DNA from: Flavobacteriales bacterium
Lineage (GTDB): Bacteria; Bacteroidota; Bacteroidia; Flavobacteriales_D; Crocinitomicaceae
Assembly: GCA_947496835.1 (NCBI GenBank)
Contig: CANMFV010000001.1
Location: 1 to 24,309 of the forward strand
Length of the DNA: 24,309 nt
Direction of reading: 5' to 3'
The notes under the pieces are model-generated. The model was given only the letters and a program-made list of their open reading frames with translations. It was not told the origin of the DNA and made no database searches. Positions within the stretch are counted from its first letter, which is position 1, and each line of letters starts with the position of its first letter. This document shows, in pieces, positions 8,191-16,492 of the stretch. Position numbers and translations under genes: made by a program.

Positions 8191-10149
8191 TTAACTCACT
8201 TTTTGATTCGATGACGATTTGTTTTCGAATTTCGTTATTTCTTTTACTTTTCTTACAATAGCTTGGGTATCAAAACCACAATCAGACCATAATTCTTCTT
8301 GTGTTCCGTGGTGTACGTATTCATCTGGAATACCTAGTCGAACTACTTGACATTGGTATTTTTGATCCACCATGAACTCAATGACTGCTGATCCGAATCC
8401 ACCCATTAAACAACCATCTTCAATGGTAATTACTTTGTTAAACTTAGTAAAAACTTCATGGAGCATGACTTCATCGATTGGTTTTACGAAACGCATATCA
8501 TAATGCGCCACGGAAATCCCATTTCCAGTTAGTTCTTGAATCGCTTCTTGTGCGAAATTTCCAGGATGTCCAATGGTCAATATCGCAACATCTTCGCCAT
8601 TTGTTACTTTACGTCCTTCACCAATTTTGATTTCTTTCAACGGTGTTTTCCATTCGGTCATTACCCCGTTTCCACGTGGATAACGAATAGAGAATGGACC
8701 TTGATCCTTTAATTGAGCCGTATACATTAAATTGCGCAACTCTTCTTCATTCATTGGAGCTGAAACAACCATGTTTGGAATGCAACGCATGTAAGCTAAA
8801 TCGTAAGCTCCATGGTGAGTTGCTCCATCCGCTCCAACAAGTCCTCCACGGTCTAAACAAAATACAACGTTTAAGTTTTGCAATGCAACATCGTGTAATA
8901 CTTGGTCGAATGCACGTTGCATAAACGATGAATAGATGTTACAAAATGGAACAAGTCCTTGCGTCGCTAAACCAGCACTAAAAGTAACAGCATGTTGCTC
9001 AGCAATACCAACGTCGAAACTTCTTTCTGGCATGGCTGCCATCATGATGTTCAATGAACTTCCGGATGGCATCGCAGGTGTAACACCCATTATTTTATCA
9101 TTCTTCTCAGCTAACTCAACAATGGTATGTCCAAAAACATCTTGGTATTTTGGTGGCTGAGGAGATTTAGGAATTATCTTGACAATTTCTCCCGTTTCTT
9201 TATTGAATACTCCTGGAGCGTGCCATTTGGTTGGATTTCCTTCTTCAGAAAACTTGTATCCTGCACCTTTACGGGTAATACAATGTAATATTTTCGGACC
9301 AGGGATGTCTTTTAAATCAGCCATTACTTTAGCTAACCCAACAACATCGTGGCCGTCAACTGGACCAAAATACCTAAAGTTCAACGACTCAAATAGGTTA
9401 CTTTGATTCAATAATGTCCCTTTCAGGGCATGAGAAACTTTGGATGCGATGGTTTGTGCGTCCGGACCAAATTTGGAGATTTTCCCTAGTAATTTCCAGA
9501 CTTCATCTTTCACCTTGTTGTAGGTGTGAGATGTTGTGATGTCTGTTAAATATTCTTTTAATGCGCCAACATTTGGATCAATGGACATGCAATTGTCGTT
9601 CAAAATCACCAATAAATTTGCGTCTTTTTCGAATCCAGCATGGTTCATTCCTTCGAATGCCAATCCCGCGGTCATCGCGCCATCGCCAATAATCGCTACA
9701 TGTTGACGTTGTGTTTCACCTTTGTAGCGGCTAGCGACAGCCATTCCTAGTGCAGCAGAAATCGACGTGGATGAATGTCCTACACCAAACGTGTCGTATT
9801 CGCTTTCTGATCGTTTTGGAAAACCTGAAATCCCACCTTTCAAGCGGTTTGTATGAAATTGTTCGCGTCTTCCAGTAAGGATTTTGTGTCCATATGCTTG
9901 GTGTCCAACATCCCAAACCAATTGATCTTCCGGTGTGTTAAAAACGTAATGTAGCGCTACAGAAAGTTCAACAACACCTAAACTTGCTCCGAAATGGCTA
10001 TTTCCGATTTCAGAGATGACATCAACGATGTACTGACGTAATTCGTCAGCGACTTGTGGAAGTTGTTCCTCCGTAAATTTTTCACGCAAGTCATTTGGAG
10101 TGTTAATTTGCTCTAAGAAAGGTCCTGCTTGATATGAATGTGATGCCAT
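8191..10149 (-). CDS. dxs: 1-deoxy-D-xylulose-5-phosphate synthase
   Basis: HFGASLGVVEL, WDVGHQAYGHKILTGRR, GHSSTSISAALG, TPP motif GDGAMTAG...NDN, FDVGIAEQHAV, DRGGLVGADGATHHG, IRYPRG. Confidence 0.98.
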   Translation of the reverse strand: MASHSYQAGPFLEQINTPNDLREKFTEEQLPQVADELRQYIVDVISEIGNSHFGASLGVVELSVALHYVFNTPEDQLVWDVGHQAYGHKILTGRREQFHTNRLKGGISGFPKRSESEYDTFGVGHSSTSISAALGMAVASRYKGETQRQHVAIIGDGAMTAGLAFEGMNHAGFEKDANLLVILNDNCMSIDPNVGALKEYLTDITTSHTYNKVKDEVWKLLGKISKFGPDAQTIASKVSHALKGTLLNQSNLFESLNFRYFGPVDGHDVVGLAKVMADLKDIPGPKILHCITRKGAGYKFSEEGNPTKWHAPGVFNKETGEIVKIIPKSPQPPKYQDVFGHTIVELAEKNDKIMGVTPAMPSGSSLNIMMAAMPERSFDVGIAEQHAVTFSAGLATQGLVPFCNIYSSFMQRAFDQVLHDVALQNLNVVFCLDRGGLVGADGATHHGAYDLAYMRCIPNMVVSAPMNEEELRNLMYTAQLKDQGPFSIRYPRGNGVMTEWKTPLKEIKIGEGRKVTNGEDVAILTIGHPGNFAQEAIQELTGNGISVAHYDMRFVKPIDEVMLHEVFTKFNKVITIEDGCLMGGFGSAVIEFMVDQKYQCQVVRLGIPDEYVHHGTQEELWSDCGFDTQAIVRKVKEITKFENKSSSNQKVS

Positions 10150-10153
10150 TTAA

Positions 10154-10187
10154 CAAATTTAAGCTGATTCGGTGATTATAGAACAAA
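10154..10187 (-). promoter_or_regulatory. Candidate housekeeping promoter of dxs (TTTG...TAAATTTG)
   Basis: Exact TAnnTTTG at 10161-10154, only 4 nt before the ATG; TTTG at 10187-10184 (22-nt spacer, longer than typical). Confidence 0.55.
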
Positions 10188-10219
10188 CTTTGTAATAAAA
10201 AGTTTTCCAGTCCCTAAGA

Positions 10220-11683
10220 TTACGCTCGTAGCTTGTCAGAAAAGGATTTACGTTCCATTTTAAAAACAAAGAGCACATATACTAAAAGTAAGGCGTTTTG
10301 TAGAATGAACTGAGCAAAGTAACGCTCGAAATGTATGCGTGATCCGATGAAATAAATAACAAGTGCTAATCCTAAATACAAGAAAAATTTCTTGATATTA
10401 TAGGGGATAGGGTAGTGTTTTTGACCGAGAAAAAAGGAGATAAGCATTTGAACGGCATAGACAATAAACGTTGCCCACGCGCTCGCCATATATCCGTATT
10501 TGGGAATAAAAAGCACATTGATTCCTATTGTCAGTGCTGCCCCAAATAAGGCAATATAAGCCCCGTATTGTGTTTTCCCGCTGAGTTTGTACCAAATACT
10601 CTGGTTGTAGTAGATCCCAAGAAAAACATTTGCCAATAGTAGAATAGGTACAACGGGCAAACCAACCCAATAACGTTGATTTTGAATGAAATGCTTGAAA
10701 ATGTCGATGTTCAAACTAACGAACAAGAAAACAAAACAAACTGTCGCCACGAAAAGATTCATCACCTTCACATAAATTACATTTCGGTCTTCGTTCTTCA
10801 TTTGATTGAAAAAGAACGGTTCTGCCGCATAGCGATACGCTTGCAATAAAATGGTCACTAACATGGCTAATTTGTAACAAGCACTATAGATACCGACTTC
10901 TCCTTCTGCTGTATGAAGTGTACTTATATCGGCTGGATTATAAATGATTTGTTTCAATAGAATTCGGTCAATGGTTTCATTGATAATCCCAGCAAAACTT
11001 CCAATCACCAGGGGAAAGGAGTAAAATAACATGAGCTTAATTTCCTGCCAATTTATTTTTAATGCACTTAATTTAAAGGAATCGTATAACATCACTGGTT
11101 TCACAAGTGAGGCACATAAATTAGCCAATAAAATGAATAGAACTCCTTCTTCTGGTCGAGTTGGATTGAAGAGGTACAGCATCAAGAATAAGTTTAATCC
11201 AACATTCACGAGAATGGATGTAATTTGGATACTGACAAAACGCATGGATTTTTCTTCCACCCTTAATTTTGCCAATGGAATGGCTGTGAGTGCATCTATA
11301 CTTACAATAATGCCGAGTAGAATGATGTATTCGTTGTGTCCTTCATACAACATAAAGGAAGCGATGTCATTATTGAAGAATAACAAGACGGCAAAAAAGA
11401 AGACATTTAGTCCAAGGACTGTTGCCAGTGAATTTAAATAGGTTTGTTGCTTGTTTTCGCTCGTTTGAATAAAGCGGAAAAAGGCCGTTTCCATTCCAAA
11501 GGTTAGAATGACGATTAGAAAAGCAACCCAAGCATACAATTCAGATACAACTCCGTAATGTGCGGGATCTGTGAAAACACTCGTATATAATGGAACCAAT
11601 AAATAGTTCAACAAACGTCCGACGATGGAAGAAAGTCCATAGACGGCAGTTTGACTCATTAATTTACGAATGGGATTGCTCAT
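10220..11683 (-). CDS. Polysaccharide biosynthesis protein / Wzx-MATE-like flippase
   Basis: 487 aa, about 12-14 hydrophobic segments; QTAVYGLSSIVGRLLNYLLVPLYT, GMETAFFRF, GIYSACYKLA, YRYAAEPFFF are typical of the conserved Bacteroidota flippase-like family. Confidence 0.85.
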   Translation of the reverse strand: MSNPIRKLMSQTAVYGLSSIVGRLLNYLLVPLYTSVFTDPAHYGVVSELYAWVAFLIVILTFGMETAFFRFIQTSENKQQTYLNSLATVLGLNVFFFAVLLFFNNDIASFMLYEGHNEYIILLGIIVSIDALTAIPLAKLRVEEKSMRFVSIQITSILVNVGLNLFLMLYLFNPTRPEEGVLFILLANLCASLVKPVMLYDSFKLSALKINWQEIKLMLFYSFPLVIGSFAGIINETIDRILLKQIIYNPADISTLHTAEGEVGIYSACYKLAMLVTILLQAYRYAAEPFFFNQMKNEDRNVIYVKVMNLFVATVCFVFLFVSLNIDIFKHFIQNQRYWVGLPVVPILLLANVFLGIYYNQSIWYKLSGKTQYGAYIALFGAALTIGINVLFIPKYGYMASAWATFIVYAVQMLISFFLGQKHYPIPYNIKKFFLYLGLALVIYFIGSRIHFERYFAQFILQNALLLVYVLFVFKMERKSFSDKLRA

Positions 11684-12460
11684 TTAGCCTCTGAAATTGG
11701 CTTTTCGTTTTTCTAAAAATGCGGTGGTTCCTTCCACAAATTCTTTTGTCCCGAAACATTGAGCGAAAGACTCTATTTCTGTTTCGTAACCGTTCACACC
11801 ATCTTGGAAACCAGCATTTACTGAACGAATCGCTGCAGCAATCGCCATTGGTGAATTTGCTAATATTTTTTGTGCGATTTCCTCGCATTTGGTCATTAAC
11901 TCGGTTTGTTCTACCACGTGGTTTACCAATCCCCACTGTAAAGCTTCATCTGCTTTTAACATTCCTGCTGTGAAAATGATTTCATTCGCCTTTCCTTTTC
12001 CAATTAATTGAGGAAGTCTTTGCGTTCCTCCATATCCTGGAATCACACCCAAAGAAACCTCTGGTAATCCCATGCGTGCGTTACTTGATGCAATGCGTAT
12101 ATGTGCTGCCATTGCTAATTCAAGTCCACCACCTAGTGCAAAGCCATTCACTGCAGCGATGACAGGTGTACTTAGGTTTTCAATGAAATCAAACAACGTG
12201 GTTTGACCAGTCACGGCCAATTCACCTCCCTGAGAAATCGTAAAATCAGCAAACTCTTTGATGTCTGCCCCAGCTACAAATGCTTTTTCTCCTGAACCAG
12301 TTAAAATGATTGCTCCAACGGATGAATCTTGATTGAAAGCATCTAAAGCAGCATGCAATTCTGCAATGGTTTCTTTGTTTAATGCATTTAACTGATTTGG
12401 ACGATTAATCGTGATGTAACCAATATGGTTTTTTACTTCGGCAAGGATAAGTTGATACAT
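11684..12460 (-). CDS. Enoyl-CoA hydratase/isomerase (crotonase family)
   Basis: ITINRPNQLNALN, AFVAGADIKEF, AAVNGFALGGGLELAMA, PEVSLGVIPGYGGTQRL. Probable start is ATG 12460; the track start at 12571 overlaps the kinase gene. The stop abuts the flippase ATG (TAAATG). Confidence 0.95.
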   Translation of the reverse strand: MYQLILAEVKNHIGYITINRPNQLNALNKETIAELHAALDAFNQDSSVGAIILTGSGEKAFVAGADIKEFADFTISQGGELAVTGQTTLFDFIENLSTPVIAAVNGFALGGGLELAMAAHIRIASSNARMGLPEVSLGVIPGYGGTQRLPQLIGKGKANEIIFTAGMLKADEALQWGLVNHVVEQTELMTKCEEIAQKILANSPMAIAAAIRSVNAGFQDGVNGYETEIESFAQCFGTKEFVEGTTAFLEKRKANFRG

Positions 12461-12506
12461 AAATTGAATTTGTCTGCTAAAATAGCGAGAAATTTTCGTT
12501 CGGTTT

Positions 12507-14021
12507 CTAGTGCGGAATGCTGATTCTAAAAGTTGTTCCTTTATCCAGTTCGGAGGACACAACAAATACACGTCCCTTGTGGTATTCTTCGACGATGCGT
12601 TTCACAAGGGTAAGACCAAGTCCCCAACCTCTTTTTTTAGTGGAATAACCAGGTTGGAAAATGGATTTGATTTGTTTAGCGGTTAAACCTTTTCCGGTAT
12701 CAGTGATATCCACGTGCACCCATTCAGCCACTTCTTTGATATGAACGTGCAATTTGCCTACCCCACCCATGGCATCCACGGCATTTTTACAAATGTTCTC
12801 CACCACCCATTCCATTAAAGATCGGTTGTGTAGGACAATCATTGGACGTTGGCCCTCAACGGTAAATTGGATGTCGATTTTATCTGAGAGACGTGCTTTT
12901 AAGTAATTTAGGTTATTTTCAATGGTAAAAACAAAGTCTTCTTCTACTAGTTTTGCTCCTGATCCGATTTTTGAGAAACGATCGGTAATTTTTTCTAAAC
13001 GCTGCAAGTCTTTTTGCATTTCCCTTGGGACCATTGGATCCACATCTTCATTTTCCAAGTAACTCACCCAGGCCATTAAAGAGGATAGGGGAGTGCCGAG
13101 TTGATGCGCTGTTTCTTTTGCGAGTCCAGCCCAAACTTGATTCTGTTCGGCTTTTCGATAGGTGGAAAACAACAAATAGCCGATGATGACGATTAATCCA
13201 ACTACGCCAAATTGAATGTATGGAAGCCAAATGAGTTGCTTGACTTCAGGACTGTCACTGAAATAAAGTACTTTTTCCCCTTCACCGAAATTGATGCGAA
13301 TCGGTTTGTTTTGTGCTTTTAGATCCGATATCGTCTTGGTAAGTTGTGCGGGATTGAGTTCCTTCTTGGATAAATTACTCGAAATCACTTTTTGTTCTTT
13401 GACATCGTAGAATAAAACCGGAATTAAGTTGGATTGATTCCCTAGATCCTGATTAAAGGAAGTGATTAGCGAGTCACTTTGTTTTTGTAAACGCAAATAT
13501 TCTTGTGATTCTCCGTAGATGAAGGACATATACATATCAGCAAAGACATTGATTTTGAATTCGTGTCCTTCAAGCCTCCATTTTTTGGCAAGTGCTAAGA
13601 TTTCGTCTTCGTGATTTTTATCGTTAAATGAAGTATCTAAGTTTCTGAATTGAGCGAGGGTTCCGTCATCGTTTAATAAAATGACAGGAATGTCCTTGTT
13701 GGACTCAATAATGTTTAAAGTAAAGGCTAAATCTTGGTTGATGGATAAATCAGACGGATTCAATAAGGTTTTTTGTGCAGCAACGACCAATTCAATTTTT
13801 TCCCGTTCCCGTTCTCGCAAGGAAGTAAAAATACGTGCGTTGAGCTCCACCAATTCTACTTTCTTTTTGAGTGCGCTCGCCCATTCTTTGGCTTTAGAGC
13901 GCTCGCGTTCAGCGATTTTTTGAATCATTTGATTGGACACAAACAAAGATGCTCCTATGATCAGGAGTGAAACGAAAATCAGCACGACTTTCCAGCGTTG
14001 TTTGGCAGAATATATGTCCAT
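12507..14021 (-). CDS. Membrane-bound sensor histidine kinase (HisKA + HATPase_c), no response regulator in the window
   Basis: Two TM helices; H-box AKETAHQLGTPLSSL, N-box ENICKNAVDAM, G1 DTGKG, G2 KRGWGLGL. Confidence 0.95.
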   Translation of the reverse strand: MDIYSAKQRWKVVLIFVSLLIIGASLFVSNQMIQKIAERERSKAKEWASALKKKVELVELNARIFTSLREREREKIELVVAAQKTLLNPSDLSINQDLAFTLNIIESNKDIPVILLNDDGTLAQFRNLDTSFNDKNHEDEILALAKKWRLEGHEFKINVFADMYMSFIYGESQEYLRLQKQSDSLITSFNQDLGNQSNLIPVLFYDVKEQKVISSNLSKKELNPAQLTKTISDLKAQNKPIRINFGEGEKVLYFSDSPEVKQLIWLPYIQFGVVGLIVIIGYLLFSTYRKAEQNQVWAGLAKETAHQLGTPLSSLMAWVSYLENEDVDPMVPREMQKDLQRLEKITDRFSKIGSGAKLVEEDFVFTIENNLNYLKARLSDKIDIQFTVEGQRPMIVLHNRSLMEWVVENICKNAVDAMGGVGKLHVHIKEVAEWVHVDITDTGKGLTAKQIKSIFQPGYSTKKRGWGLGLTLVKRIVEEYHKGRVFVVSSELDKGTTFRISIPH

Positions 14022-14051
14022 TGAAGACGAATTTAAGGAGATTTAGCTTCT

Positions 14052-15161
14052 TTAACGCACGCTTTCGCAACTTAGTATGCGAGATTCAATCATTTCGCAG
14101 ATACGTTGGTGGTCAAAATAGCCATGAAATGCCTTGGTTTCAAATTTATCCGCATCGATTTCTAGTATTCTTCTCATCGCTGATGAAAAGGATGACGGAT
14201 TTCCAGGTCCAACTAAAATTCCAAAAGGAAAGAGGTTCAATAATTCCTGAGATCCGCCTGAATTTGTCGCAATTACGGGAGTGTTATGTGCCAGGGCTTC
14301 AATAGTGCTCATCCCGAAGGTTTCAAAGTCAGAAGCCATGATGAGTGCATCTATCGCGTGATAATAAGGACTCGTTTCAGCATGGAAACCACAAAAGTGG
14401 ACTTGATTCTCCAGATTTTTTTCCTGAATGAGTTGTTTAAGTTCACTTAAATAAGAATCTGGAGAATCTGGCGTTTCTTCGCCAACAATGAGTAATTGGT
14501 AATCCGTACTTTGTAGTTGATGAAGGGCTAAAATGGCCAATTCGATGCGTTTTTTTCGATCAATTCTTCCAATCATACCAAAAATCACCTTGTTTTCAGG
14601 TAAATTCAGTTGTTTTCGAGTATCGGTTTTACTTACGGACATAATTTGACTAAAATCCAATGCTGAAGGAATGACACAAACAGTTTTCGGGTTGATGCGC
14701 GTATCAGACAACACCTTTTTCCTCATGTATTCCAGTGAACAGACCCAGGAACTCAAAAAGGAGTAACGGATGGTTCTATAGAGTTGTTGCTTTTTCTCAT
14801 GAAACATTAGTTCCATAAAAAAATGAATGTGTATCCGTTTGAATGAGAAGAAAGAAATACTCGCAGCTAAGCTAATATCTGAGGTATTTCGAATCATCAC
14901 GTTTTGTACTCCCAGATTTTTTAGTTTCAGAAAAATCATCCAGGCACTAAAAAAAGCGTAATGGCGAGCGGGTTTGCGAATACTGATTACCGAAAGATGT
15001 GCGTTTAATGCTTCCTTTTCAAGAGGGGAGCTCCTAGTACATATGATGGTAATTTCATGTCCTCGTGCTTTCATCCAAAGCGCATTTCGAAGATGATTCA
15101 TCTCCAATCCACCCCAACCTCGGGAAGTACATAAATAAGCAAGGTGTAATTTTGTTGTCAA
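14052..15161 (-). CDS. Glycosyltransferase family 4 (GT-B fold)
   Basis: WGGLEMN N-terminal motif, GMIGRIDRKK, SDFETFGMSTIEALAHNTPVIATNSGG. Start uncertain: TTG 15161 preferred because the track start at 15257 overlaps the divergent gene. Confidence 0.88.
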   Translation of the reverse strand: MTTKLHLAYLCTSRGWGGLEMNHLRNALWMKARGHEITIICTRSSPLEKEALNAHLSVISIRKPARHYAFFSAWMIFLKLKNLGVQNVMIRNTSDISLAASISFFSFKRIHIHFFMELMFHEKKQQLYRTIRYSFLSSWVCSLEYMRKKVLSDTRINPKTVCVIPSALDFSQIMSVSKTDTRKQLNLPENKVIFGMIGRIDRKKRIELAILALHQLQSTDYQLLIVGEETPDSPDSYLSELKQLIQEKNLENQVHFCGFHAETSPYYHAIDALIMASDFETFGMSTIEALAHNTPVIATNSGGSQELLNLFPFGILVGPGNPSSFSSAMRRILEIDADKFETKAFHGYFDHQRICEMIESRILSCESVR

Positions 15162-15196
15162 AACGTAATTTCGAGGGCGAATATAGATAAAACGAT

Positions 15197-15204
15197 TAAT
15201 TTTG
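15197..15204 (+). promoter_or_regulatory. Candidate -7 element (TAATTTTG) of the small membrane protein gene
   Basis: Exact TAnnTTTG 4 nt before ATG 15209; no clear -33 element. Confidence 0.45.
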
Positions 15205-15208
15205 TTCG

Positions 15209-15529
15209 ATGATAAAAAATCTTTTAAAAAATCCACTGGCTGTTTTTGCGTTAACATTTGTGGTCTTCGCCATTCCCTTATTTTTCTTCAACATCAGTAT
15301 TTTCGACGGAGAAATTATCGTCCTGCAAGGAACAAAAGAAATTGGCTTACCAATCAAACTCAGCTTGTCTTATTTTATAGGTATCGGAATAAATCCTGAA
15401 GACCTCAAAGACATCGAAGGTTTTCATTTAGTGTCAAAAGGATATTTTCTAGCCGCATGTTTGTTAATCGGCTTTCCTTCTTTAATGGCGTATCGATCTT
15501 ACATCGCGAATAGGGTCGCGTCAAAATAA
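15209..15529 (+). CDS. Small hypothetical membrane protein (2 TM helices)
   Basis: 106 aa; hydrophobic segments near both termini with a loop containing IFDGEI and LSLSYFIGIG; fills the gap between the divergent GT4 gene and the convergent SDR gene. Confidence 0.75.
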   Translation: MIKNLLKNPLAVFALTFVVFAIPLFFFNISIFDGEIIVLQGTKEIGLPIKLSLSYFIGIGINPEDLKDIEGFHLVSKGYFLAACLLIGFPSLMAYRSYIANRVASK

Positions 15530-15579
15530 ATACCATACCTTTAATATATAGTAGCTAAGGATTTTACTTGGTTCGTAAA

Positions 15580-16359
15580 TTACAAACATTTCGTTCGACC
15601 GCCATCTACCGGTAAATTTATCCCGTTGATATAGGAGGCTTCCGGAGATGCTAAAAAGCAAACTGCCGCTGCTACTTCTTCTGGTTCAGCGATGCGATTC
15701 ATCGGTGTTTCTCCACCCATTTCTTGAAAAATTTCCGCTACGGTTTGACCTGTTTTTTCTGATTTTACACCAGCAATTTCCGTAAGACGTGACGTGTTGG
15801 TTGCTCCAGGCAATACATTATTCACGGTGATTCCATATTGACCAAGTTCACCTGCAAGTGTTTTACTCCAGTTGGCAACAGCTCCTCTAATCGTGTTGGA
15901 AACCCCTAGGTTTGCTAATGGTTGTTTTACGGAAGTAGAAATAATGTTGATGATTCTACCATATCCATCCGCTATCATACCTGGATTCACTGCCTGCATC
16001 AAAATATGGTTACAAATGAGGTGTTGATTAAACGTATTGATGAATTCTTCCGGCGCGGCATCTTTAATCAACCCACCTTTTGGACCACCCGTGTTATTCA
16101 CCAAAACATGCACACGATTTCCGGCATTAACGAATGTTTCGATAACTGTTTGAACACCACTAGGATTTGAAAAATCAGCTACTAAAAATTGATGTTGTTG
16201 TCCTTGACTAACATCTAATTTTGAAATGGCAGAAGTTAATTTCTCCTCATTTCGAGCCATTAAAACTAAATTATATCCATTTTTTGCCAATTGACTTGCC
16301 ACCGCAAAACCTATCCCTTGTGTGCTTCCACAAACCAATGCCATTCGAGTTTTTCCCAT
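15580..16359 (-). CDS. Short-chain dehydrogenase/reductase, BKR-like atypical subgroup
   Basis: CGSTQGIG Rossmann motif, LVNNTGGP, GRIINIIS, NNVLPG, VDGG; SNTIR replaces YxxxK. ATG 16359 preferred because the track TTG at 16386 lies inside the promoter element. Confidence 0.92.
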   Translation of the reverse strand: MGKTRMALVCGSTQGIGFAVASQLAKNGYNLVLMARNEEKLTSAISKLDVSQGQQHQFLVADFSNPSGVQTVIETFVNAGNRVHVLVNNTGGPKGGLIKDAAPEEFINTFNQHLICNHILMQAVNPGMIADGYGRIINIISTSVKQPLANLGVSNTIRGAVANWSKTLAGELGQYGITVNNVLPGATNTSRLTEIAGVKSEKTGQTVAEIFQEMGGETPMNRIAEPEEVAAAVCFLASPEASYINGINLPVDGGRTKCL

Positions 16360-16383
16360 CTTCCCTAATCGTTTAATTAGCAA

Positions 16384-16391
16384 CAAAGGTA
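16384..16391 (-). promoter_or_regulatory. -7 promoter element (TACCTTTG) of the SDR gene
   Basis: Exact TAnnTTTG 24 nt upstream of ATG 16359. Confidence 0.55.
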
Positions 16392-16441
16392 CGCTTTGTT
16401 TTTATTTTTTTTAAGTGAAAAAAGATCCTAATTGCTGCTTT

Positions 16442-16472
16442 TTTGTTTTTTAAACTTTTTGCTATACATTTG
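16442..16472 (+). promoter_or_regulatory. Bacteroidota housekeeping-sigma promoter of the giant ORF
   Basis: TTTG (16442-16445), 19-nt spacer, TACATTTG (16465-16472): full -33/-7 consensus 20 nt upstream of ATG 16493. Confidence 0.75.
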
Positions 16473-16492
16473 ATACCTAAAACCTTACTACT

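Noticed and set aside
547-16170. Short antisense and out-of-frame ORFs overlapping the PUL and housekeeping genes (e.g. 547-912, 5124-5546, 11031-11441, 13967-14305)
   Set aside because: They lie fully or mostly within well-supported genes and show no protein-family features.
291-16386. Longer starts given by the ORF track (1178, 12571, 15257, 16386)
   Set aside because: They overlap neighbouring genes or promoter elements; downstream starts restore signal peptides or family-typical N-termini.
16405-16460. Poly-T tracts in the divergent promoter region as a phase-variation switch
   Set aside because: Tracts are only 5-8 nt in an AT-rich genome, and no invertible repeats or recombinase are seen.
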